From positions 10,362,973-10,408,875 of the forward strand of contig NC_057754.1 of assembly GCF_004010195.1 (NCBI RefSeq): 45,903 nt of DNA. Direction: 5' to 3'. Shown piece after piece: positions 1-9,050 of this stretch. This DNA comes from Chiloscyllium plagiosum (lineage: Eukaryota). Made by a program: the position numbers and the translations under genes. The number at the start of each line of letters is the position of its first letter. Position 1 is the first letter of the stretch. Under the pieces are notes generated by a model. That model was not told the origin of the DNA. It saw nothing but the letters and a program-made list of their open reading frames with translations, and made no database searches.

Positions 1-175
1 GACCTATTGTACTCTATGCTACTCTCTCCCCACCCCCACCCTCCTCTAGCTTATCTCTCCATGCTTCAGGCTCTCTGCCTTTATTCCTGATGAAGGGCTT
101 TTGCCCGAAACGTCGATTTTGCCTGTCCTCGGATGCTGCCTGAATTGCTGTGCTCTTCCAGCACCACTAATCCAG
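1..175 (+). mobile_element. Penelope-like element 3' terminal repeat (pLTR), subfamily A, cut by window edge
   Basis: Same sequence (cctgatgaagggc..gcccgaaacgtcga..ggatgctgcctga..ttccagcaccac) ends the RT+GIY-YIG elements at 27322-29036, 39614-40560 and 41794-43150. Confidence 0.85.
83..118 (+). ncRNA. Minimal type I hammerhead ribozyme motif in PLE pLTR
   Basis: CTGATGA (87-93), stem II GGGC-tttt-GCCC (95-106), GAAA (107-110), palindromic ACGT stem III, GTC cleavage triplet (112-114); stem I short and imperfect. Confidence 0.75.
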
Positions 176-699
176 TTGAGTAAGTGGAGCTGAGTCAATG
201 AAAAAAATCACCCATGATCTTATTAACTGGTGGAGCACGGTCAAGTGGCCAGATGGCCTACTCCTGCTCCTATTTCTTGCATTCTTAATAACAGATACCT
301 GGGAATGGGTTACGGACTGGAATCTAATTGAGGGGTCACGGTGGTTTTTGTACAGAGTCTCAGTTCCTTGGGAGAGAGTTACAGTCTGGAATCTAATCAA
401 AGCTATTTATGCTGCACTTTATTGAATGTGACCTTGATTCAAGGACTATACTGTCCCCTCACCTTTGGAATTCAGCTCATTTGTCCGTGTTTGAACTAAG
501 ACCGGAGGTCAGTAGCTAAGTGGTCCTGACAGAACCCAAACTCTGCATCACTGGCAAGTGCTATTGGATGTCACTGTTAGTGACACCTTCCATAGCTTTA
601 CTAATGGTCAAGAGTATACTGAAAGGGTGATTAATGGTTCGGTTGGATTTGTCCTGCTACCTGTGTGCAGGACATACATGCCATTGCTGTAACTGGAAG

Positions 700-1130
700 A
701 ACTGAGCAGTTGTGAAAACCTGAGTGCATCTCTTATCACATGCCGAGCAGGTGAATAGTCTCTTACTTGTGTGAACTCAGCAGATGAATGAACTGAGAGA
801 ATCCTTTTCCATACTCTCGCCAGTATGGATGTGTTGATGTATCAGCAAGTTGTGAGACCATGTGAATCCCTTCCCACACTCAAAGCAGGTAAGCCATTTC
901 TGTCCAGTCTGAGCTTGCTGCTATCCCAGCAAACTTGCTATCTGAATAAATCCCTTCCCATGCACAGGACAAATAAATGGCCACCCCCCACAGTGTGAAT
1001 TTCTTGTTGTGTAGTGAGGCTGACTGTCTGAAACTCTTTCCACAGGAAGTGCAGTGGAACGGTTTCTCCTCAGTGTGAGTGACGTGTTTCTGGAGGCTGC
1101 ATAAACATGGTTATGAGCAAAGGAACTCAT
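700..1130 (-). pseudogene. Degraded C2H2 zinc-finger pseudogene
   Basis: Reverse strand reads [46 protein letters not shown] and further remnants with stops and frameshifts; abuts a CR1 at 1131. Confidence 0.85.
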
Positions 1131-2335
1131 TTTCTCACAAACTTGAGTTTTTTGAAGAAATAACCAAGAAGATTGCTGAGAACAGAGGAGTAGACATTGT
1201 TTACTTGAACTTTAGTAAAATTTTTGACAAGGTCTAGCGTGGTAGACTAATCAGTGAAGTTAGGTCACACAGGATTTCGGGTGAGCTTGCCAATTGAATG
1301 CAAAATTGGTTTATCGACAGACAGAAGGATGATGGAGGGTTGTTTTCGGACTGGAAGCCTGTGACCATTAGTATTCTACAGTGATCGGTGCTGGGTCCAC
1401 TCTTGTTTGTCATTTATGTAAATAATCAAGATGAGAATATAGGAAGCATGGTTAGTAAGTTAACATTTGGCACCAAGATTGGCCTAGTGAATGGTTAACT
1501 CGGATTACAAAGAGATCTTGATCAATTGGGTCAGTGGGCTAAAGAGCGCGTTGGATAAATGTAAGTTTTTACATTTTGGTAAAACAAACAAAGGCATGAC
1601 TTATATAATGAAAAGCAGGGCCTTGGGTAGTGCTGCAGAACAGAGACCTAGTGATTCAAGTACATAATTCTTTGTAGTTTACATCACATTTGGATAGGCT
1701 GGTCAAGAATGCTTTTAGCATACTTGCCTTCTTTGTTCACACCTTTTGAATAAAGGAGTTGGGTTGTCATGTTGAAGTACAGGATATTGGTGAGACCTCT
1801 TCTGGAATACTGTGTGCAGTTCTGGTCTCCTTGTTATAGAAAAGATATTAAGCTGGAGAGGGCTCAGAAGAGACTTACAGGGACATTGCTGGGAATGGAA
1901 GGTTTGAGTTATAAGAAGAGGTTGGAGGGACTGGAACTTTTTCACTTGAGCATAGGAGGTTGAGAGGTGAATTTACAGAAGTTTTTAGAATCATGAGGTA
2001 TTGGTAGGGTGAATGGCATGTGTCTTTTCCCTCTGGGGGATTTCAAGGCTAGGGGGCATATATTTAAGGTGAGTGGAGAAATATTTATAAAAGATATGCA
2101 GGGCCAATGCTTCTACAAAGGTCATGGTTCATTTGTGGAATGAACGTGCAGAGGAAGTGGTGGATGTGGGTACAGTTAAAATGAATTTAAATAAGTAGAT
2201 GAATCAGAAATGTTTGGAGGGATATGGGCCAAGTCCAGATGGGTGGAACTAGTTGAGTTTGAAATTATGGTTGGCACAGACTGGTTGGACTGAAGCGTCT
2301 GTTTCTGTGCTCTGTCTCTGTGACTCTAATCTAAT
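1131..2335 (+). mobile_element. CR1 LINE, 5'-truncated, degenerate RT and 3' tail
   Basis: Remnants of TNL.EFFEEITK, VYLNFSKIFDKV, SVLGPLLFVIYVN, LVRPLLEYCVQFWSP; tail tgtgactctaatctaa. Confidence 0.9.
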
Positions 2336-2865
2336 TTACGTCTAATTTTATTACTGGAGCATGAGCAAGGCTAAAAAAGGCCAGCATTCACTGGCTGTAC
2401 TGCTATGACAGCTCTCCCACAGTGCTGTTCAGTGAGGAGTTACAGGATTGTCAGACAGCAGCTATGAAGAACCAGCGATACGCATCCACAAAAGGAAAGT
2501 GGAGTGCCTGGAAGTGGGGTTTATAGGTGATGGTTCCCTATACGTGCTAGCCTTGATTTTCTTGGAGACAGCATCTGTCAAAGTTATTCCTGTGATGTAG
2601 AAGAAATTGTGTCCTTAAGTATCCCATTGTCTCTCCTCCTGTCGAGGGCTGAGACTTGTGAAGGCCCAGGGCAGGCAATGGGTCCCCTTCCCTGAAGGAT
2701 ATTCACGAACTTGAGTTTTTAAGACAATCCAGTAACATTTCTTGGTCACTACTTCGGAGTGTCTTACTCACACGATTCCAGATTGAATTAACTCCATTTC
2801 ACAATCTCCTGTTGCGTCTTAAATAGTTCTTTCTCACCTGTTCATGATGCAAATTTGTTTTACAG

Positions 2866-3239
2866 GGAATCACAGAAGCACATTTATTATCAAGAATTCC
2901 AAACAAACATTCTTTCAAGATCTGTGAGTGAGTCAATTCATCAGAACTTGATAACCATTGGATTTTCAACATTTGTCTGTTCTGCTTGTGGGAAAAGATT
3001 TCAAACATCGGTGTGACTGGAAATATACCAAGACACATACGTCCAAGCGAATGTTCCAGTGAACTGACCGTGGAAAGAGCTGTAACTAGTTACACAGACT
3101 GAGTGAGCGTGTTCTAGCGAACTGACCGTGGACAGATCTTGAACCAGTTGCATAGTCTGAATACCTTCACAGTATTCATAGTGGGGAGAAACTGTATCCC
3201 TGTCCTGTGTATGCGTGAGGAGTCAGCGGATAAATCAAT
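2866..3239 (+). other. Putative 5' part of the ZNF exon made of dead zinc fingers, after a splice acceptor
   Basis: tttgttttacAG (AG 2864-2865); then FVCSACGKRFQTSV*LE, FQ*TDRGKS, IHSGEKLYPCPVYA* remnants; homologous to 17577-17878. Confidence 0.6.
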
Positions 3240-4346
3240 ATGGAGAGGCATGAGCACACCTGTACCATAGAGAAACCCTGGAAATGTGCAGATTGTGGGA
3301 AGGGATTCAAATACCCATCCCTGCTGGAAACCCATCAACGCAGTCACACTGGGGAGAGGCCGTACACCTGCTCTGTTTGCAGGAAGGGATTCACTCTGTC
3401 ATCTGACCTTCTGAAACATGAACGCACTCACACTGGGGAAAGACCATTCATCTGCCCTGAGTGTGGGAAGGGATTCAGTGACTCATCCAACCTGCTGAAA
3501 CACCAGCAAATTCACACTGGGGAGAGGCCATTCATCTGCTCTGAATGTGGGAAAGGATTCACTCTGTCATCTGACCTTCTGAAACACGAACGCATTCACA
3601 CTGGGGAGAGGCCATTCATCTGCCCCGAGTGTGGGAAGGGATTCAGTGACTCATCTAATCTGTGGAGACACCAGCGCGTTCACACTGGGGAGAGGCCATT
3701 CATCTGCTCTGAATGTGGGAAAGGATTCACTCGGTCACCCCACCTGCTGAAGCACCAGCGAGTTCACACTCGAGAGAGACCATTCATCTGCCTAGAGTGT
3801 GGGAAGGGATTCAGTGATTCATCCTACCTGCTGACACACCAGCGAGTTCACACTGGGGAGAAACCATTCCCCTGCTCTGAGTGTGGGAAGGCATTCTCTC
3901 AGTTATCCAACCTCAGGGCACACCAACTCGTTCACACTGATGAGAAACCTTTCAAATGTTCGCTCTGTGAGAAAAGCTATAAACGCAGACGTGAAGTGCT
4001 GACACATCAACGCATTCACACTGGGGAGAGGCCATTTCCCTGCCCTGAGTGTGGTAAACGATTTGTACATTCAAAAAATCTTCTGAAACACCAACGAATG
4101 CACGCTGGTGAGAAGTTGTTACCTGCTCCTTCTTGGGAAAGGATTTACTCAGTCATCCAACCTGTTGAGACACCAGCAAGTTCACAAGTGACTGTAGAGC
4201 AGGCACCTGTTGCTGCTGTTGTTGTTCTTAATGAAACTTTTCCTCATGTCAACACTGCATCTTTTTCCCAAAACCTTAACTCTAGCTCCCCAATGCTTGG
4301 ACCATCACAGAATGGAAACAATGTTTTATTTCTCTACCTTAACTAA
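3240..4346 (+). CDS. C2H2 (Kruppel-type) zinc-finger protein, 10 intact fingers, 11th finger frameshifted
   Basis: Ten CX2CX12HX3H units with TGERPF-type linkers; no KRAB/SCAN/BTB domain in the ORF; after ~4120 the finger sequence continues in another frame to CACAAGTGA (stop 4189-4191). Confidence 0.85.
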   Translation: MERHEHTCTIEKPWKCADCGKGFKYPSLLETHQRSHTGERPYTCSVCRKGFTLSSDLLKHERTHTGERPFICPECGKGFSDSSNLLKHQQIHTGERPFICSECGKGFTLSSDLLKHERIHTGERPFICPECGKGFSDSSNLWRHQRVHTGERPFICSECGKGFTRSPHLLKHQRVHTRERPFICLECGKGFSDSSYLLTHQRVHTGEKPFPCSECGKAFSQLSNLRAHQLVHTDEKPFKCSLCEKSYKRRREVLTHQRIHTGERPFPCPECGKRFVHSKNLLKHQRMHAGEKLLPAPSWERIYSVIQPVETPASSQVTVEQAPVAAVVVLNETFPHVNTASFSQNLNSSSPMLGPSQNGNNVLFLYLN

Positions 4347-4423
4347 ACCTGTCAATAACTTGTACACTTGAGGCATGGTGACTGGGACTAGACTCTAGTT
4401 CAGTCCTAAAGAGAACTTTTAAA

Positions 4424-4727
4424 AAAAATCACACACCACCAGGTTATTGTCCAACTATTTCCCACAGCCGGTCCCTCCTCCCTACCTTTTATCCTAGCCT
4501 GTTTGGCACACCCTCTTCCTTCCTGAAGGGCTTATGCCCAAAACATCGATTCTCCTGCTCCTTGGATGCTGCCTGACCCGCTTCGCTTTTCCAGCAACGC
4601 ATTTTTCAGCTCTGATGAAGGAGCTCTGAAAGCTAGTGCTTCCAATTAAACCTGTTGGACTATAACCTGGTGTTGTGTGATTTTTAACTTTGTACACCCC
4701 AGTCCAACACCAGCATCTCCAAATCAT
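4424..4727. mobile_element. Composite PLE pLTR: subfamily B inverted piece, nested subfamily A pLTR, subfamily B 3' end
   Basis: 4424-4455 is the reverse complement of ~4655-4686; 4456-4611 matches subfamily A pLTR; degenerate hammerhead cores at ~4523 and 4612. Confidence 0.75.
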
Positions 4728-5466
4728 GACTACCATCGACACCTTTAAAAAGGTCAATATCTTTTCCCTGATTTTCTTCTCTATCTCGATTTATGAAGTT
4801 CAAGGTTCCATATGTTTTGCTCACAGCTCTCTCAATGTGTCCTGTCATCTGTATAGTGTCCCTACCTTGCAGCCAGAAGATCTGGTTTCAAGCCCTTTCT
4901 GCTCTGGAGCTGTTAGAGCAGTTTCATCTTTTTCTTAACTGATGATTGAACCATGTCCATTGGGGTCTGTTTTTGCTGAAGGTAATGAACTCCAGCTCAG
5001 TTAAACAGACTACCAGGGTGGGGTGGAATAATAAACTCAAGTTCATTTCTGCAATAAACTTGTTAATTTGTACAATAGATCTGTGTAGTCGGCATTCATT
5101 TGTAAATTGGATTGATTCATTTGTGGGATTCTCAAACTCGTTAAAAGTAAACTAGCTGACTTTACTTATGCATTTCAGTCCCATTTAAACCTTCTGTTGA
5201 TCTGTATGAAAATTGTGTTCCCATGTGAAATAAATTTGTATATGGTTACAGAAGCCTGTGTTCTGTTGTCTAAATGAACCTGTATTGTAGCTGCTGCTGG
5301 TTTGAACCACAGCTTTGCCTCTGTATAGATTTTAAATCTGGGGCCATTGTGGATGAGATGGGGGAGGAGAGGGACAGACTAAACTATTGAGCTGCTGCTT
5401 TCTCCCACACCACCTCTCTCTTTCCCCCTATAATCTCACAAAGATGCTTCTTGGAGTTCTCCATAC

Positions 5467-5560
5467 CTAGGGAAGGGGTGCTCCATTTGATTAGATTAGA
5501 TTACATTACATTACATTAGATTACATTACATTACAGTCTAGGGAAGGGGTGCTCCATTTG
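5467..5560. repeat. (ATTAG/ATTAC)n retroposon tail flanked by a 23-bp direct repeat
   Basis: ctagggaaggggtgctccatttg at 5467-5489 and 5538-5560 encloses a 48-bp pentamer tract resembling SINE tails at 36954 and 38939. Confidence 0.8.
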
Positions 5561-5750
5561 GAGGCAGCTGGGAGCTGATGGATGAGCTGGGATTTGGGCA
5601 GAGAGAGATCTTTGAGTGACAGAGCCGAAGGCATTTCAAGTAGGTCGTGGCAGCCATAGCCGCTCCTGCCATGTGGATGAACCAGGAGGTGAGTATCAGC
5701 AGGTTTCTGTCAGTATGTGTGTGGGTACTGTTGGAATCTCAATGCCAGCG

Positions 5751-6086
5751 TTGAATCTTTGCCACCCCCTGAATCATCCCGACTGACGTAAACTTTGGGA
5801 ACATGGTCTGTCCCTCATGAGAGAAAGGGAATGTGAGAAACCACAGAAAGAGAGCTAGGATCCACTTGAATGTTGGGTATCCCTTCATGAGTCTCTTCTC
5901 TGTCTTTCCTTCCCTCCTTTGAATCTTTGCCACCCCCTGAATCATCCCGACTGACGTAAACTTTGGGAACATGGTCTGTCCCTCATGAGAGAAAGGGAAT
6001 GTGAGAAACCACAGAGAGAGAGCTAGGATCCACTTGAATGTTGGGTATCCCTTCGTGAGTCTCTTCTCTGTCTTTCCTTCCCTCCT
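5751..6086. repeat. Two-copy 168-bp tandem duplication
   Basis: 5751-5918 and 5919-6086 are identical apart from 2 substitutions seen by eye. Confidence 0.9.
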
Positions 6087-7189
6087 GTCGGGGTCTCTCT
6101 GGCTTTTTTCCTTTTCTTTCTCTGTCTATTTCTCATTCTTCCTTTCTCTGTCTCTTCTTCAGTCCGTCTGTCTCTCTTGTTTTCCCTCTCTCTGCCTTCC
6201 TGTCTAGCTCATGCTGTCTTGCTCACTCCCTCATTTTTTTCATCTTTTGTCTCAGTCACTCAGTCTCTTCCATCTGGAGCAAAACTCCAACTGAAAATAA
6301 TAGACCTCCTTCAGCTGATAGGGAACTCCAGTAAACGTGGCTCTGATTCAGCTCTAACATTACACTTCAGTTTATGGGAAGGAATTGAGATGCTAATGCT
6401 GTTTGCACACAGCAGAAACAATGTCTGGACTCTACAGCTGGTTCTTTGCTGTAAAATATTTGAGAATATTGAGATGCAGCTACAGCCACCCCTCTGTCTT
6501 TGGTTCTGGATGTGGATTTATGTCTCAAATTCTACCTGTGATGCAACGACACTCATTAATGTTGGATCATTTTGAATACAATTGAATATAGAAAAGGTCT
6601 CCTTCATCCTATAAATAGCCAAGAAGTTAGACTATTTGACAGATCTCGCTCACCTTTGATAAATTGTGCCCAAAGGTGATTAGACTGTGTATAAAATATT
6701 TTGGTGCACTCCTTCATTGCTTCCACATCTTGTGTTTGATTGTATGACAGATAATCCGAGACTGTGCACTCTGGTTTGAGATATCCCAGCCAGGGATGAC
6801 ATTCTCCCACTAACTGTCCTGTTGAGACTTGTAACAATGTTGTAAGCTTCCTTGTGATCACCTCATTTTTTTAAACCATGGAGGATACATGCCAGTTTCT
6901 TCAATTTTTTCTTTATGCAGCATCTTTACCAATCTGGTGAACCTTTAGTAGGAGTTTAACACTGGTAAATATGTAGTTTTGTAGGTGAGACGACCAAAAC
7001 TGCTCGCAACACTTCAAGGCTCTACATAACTGAAGCAAGCCGTACTCTGCTTACAATAAAGGTCAACCTGCTGTCATGGTCACAAAGCATGAAGAGACAC
7101 ACAAACCAGTATAGATTTTCTAAAAAAAATAATTATTTTAAAGTGGAATGTTGTATGAAAGTGGATACTACCAATTGCAATGTATGCAA

Positions 7190-8290
7190 GTTGTCAAATG
7201 GGACCTTGATCATATAGGCTGAGGAGTGACAGATGGAATTTAATCTACATAAATGTGAGGTGCTACATTTTGGTGGGGTAAATCAGAGCAGGACTTAAAC
7301 ACTCAATCAAAAGGTCCTGGGGAGTGTTGTTGAACATAGAGACTTGGGAGTGTAGGAACATTGTTCCTTGGAATGGGACTTGCAGGTAGACAGGATAGTG
7401 AAGGCGGCATTTACTACATGTGCCCTTATTTGTCAGCACATTGAGTATAGGAGTTGGGATGTCATGTTGCAACTGTACAGGGCATTGGTTCAGCCACTTT
7501 TGGAATAGTGTCATGCTCAATGGTTAGCACTGCTGCCTCACTGTGCCAGTGACCTGGGTTCAATTACAGGGTGACTGTGCAAACTCCACATGTTCTCGCC
7601 ATGACTGCGTGGATTTCTTCCAGGTGCTTAATTTTCTTCTTACAATCCAAAGTTTTGCAAGTTATGAGGATTGACTATGCTAAATTGCCTATAGTGTTCA
7701 GGGATGTGCAGGTTAGGTGCGTTAGCCAAGGGAAATGCAGGGTTATGGAAATAAGGTAGGGGATGGGTCTGGGTGGATACTCTTCGGAGGGTCGGTGTGA
7801 ATTTGATGGACCAAATGGCCTGCTTCCAAACTGTAGGGAGTCTATGGAATTCTGGTCTACCTCCAGTCAGAAGGATGTTGTGTAAGTTGAAAAGGTTCAT
7901 AAAAGAATTAGAAGGATGGAGCCAGGGTTGGAGCTCTCTGGAGAGGCTGAATAAGCTGGAGTGGTTTTCCCTGGAGATTTGTAGGCTGTGGGGTGACCTT
8001 ATAGAAATTTATAAATCATGAGGGGCATGGATAGGGTGACTAGTCAAGATCTTTTCCACTTCAAAACTAGATGGCATAGGATAAAGTTGAGAGGGGAAAT
8101 ATTGTAAAGGGGCCCTCTGGGGCAACCTTTTCATGCAGAGGGTGGTGTGTGTGTGGAATGAGTTGCCAGGGTCAGAGGAGGTGGTTCAGGCTGGTAAAAT
8201 TATGGCATTTAAAAGGCATCTGAATGCATATGTGAATAGGAAGGTTTAGTGGGAAATGGACCAAATGCTGACAAATGGGATTAAAATAAT
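7190..8290 (+). mobile_element. CR1 LINE 3' fragment interrupted by a SINE
   Basis: KCEVLHFG, RDLGV, LWGDLIEIYK remnants and CR1 3' end. Confidence 0.85.
7512..7848 (+). mobile_element. HE1-like tRNA-derived V-SINE
   Basis: tggttagcactgctgcctcac..ggttcaat head, V-domain-like core, tail ..ggcctgcttccaaactgtaggga. Confidence 0.8.
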
Positions 8291-8297
8291 TTGGGGT

Positions 8298-8402
8298 AAA
8301 AACCAAAACAAACTGTAGATGCTGTAAATCAGAAACAAAAACAGAAATTGTTGGAAAAGTTCAGCAGGTCTGGCTTCATCTTGGAGGGAATTAAGAGTTA
8401 AC
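8298..8402 (-). mobile_element. PLE pLTR 3' end, subfamily C (old)
   Basis: Similar to 15866-15966 and ~40705-40770 (cagaaattgctg..cagcaggtctggc..agagttaa). Confidence 0.55.
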
Positions 8403-8710
8403 ACCAAATTTTGTGTACAGCCCCCTGATGTTTCACAAGCCCAGTTCTGCACCATCCCCAGTTTTGTGCCTCCCAATCTGTGCCTCCCATACTTCCAGTT
8501 TTGCAACCCCTAACACTGCTTTCCTTTGTAACCACAATTTTGTGCGCCACCCCCCCCCCCAATTGATGCACTGCCTCATTTTTTACCCCACCATGCCTTC
8601 ACCTGACCCCAATTATAGAGCACTGATAATGTTCTGTGCACCTAGCCCAATTTTGCAGAGCCCCCAAAACTTTTGCACATCCCCATGTTTTGTGCCCCTG
8701 CCAATTTTCC
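8403..8710. repeat. Degenerate minisatellite-like tract
   Basis: About 10 recurrences of ccaattttg(t)gc..cccc-like motifs at roughly 20-35 bp spacing. Confidence 0.5.
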
Positions 8711-8764
8711 AGACAAGTGCCTCTGTACTGTCTATAGGAATGAGCCTGACTTTCCAGTTGCTTG

Positions 8765-9050
8765 CCATTTCAATGAACCATTTTGTTCCCATTGTGAACA
8801 TTTAATTCCTGGAGCTGCTGCAATGATCCACTGAAGCTTCACGCAAGCTCAAAGAACAACACCTCATTTTCACTTTGGTTTACAGCCCCTCAGTCTGAAT
8901 CCTCAATCTTCAGAAACTGACTCCATGGTGTTTCAACTCCATTTTTCTTACATGTCAATCCCTGCGCCACCTCCGCCGTACACACAGTCTTGTCTGGTTT
9001 GCTTTGCCCTGAGAAGAGAGGATCCATTCTTTCACATCTTACCTTAAAAC
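8765..9050 (+). mobile_element. Old PLE GIY-YIG C-terminal remnant; continues at 12399-12600 and ~12833-12890
   Basis: RKLKEQHLIF-like remnant (cf. RRLEEERLIFRLG at ~40030); split by two younger TSD-flanked insertions. Confidence 0.55.

Noticed and set aside
3052..3068. TGA at a zinc-finger Cys position in both paralogs, as possible selenocysteine
   Set aside because: Other stops and frameshifts surround it and no SECIS was recognised; a shared ancestral nonsense mutation is simpler.
5751..6086. 168-bp period equal to two zinc fingers
   Set aside because: No finger motifs seen in the translations; coincidence.
8403..8710. CRISPR-like spaced repeats
   Set aside because: Eukaryotic context, irregular degenerate units and no cas genes.
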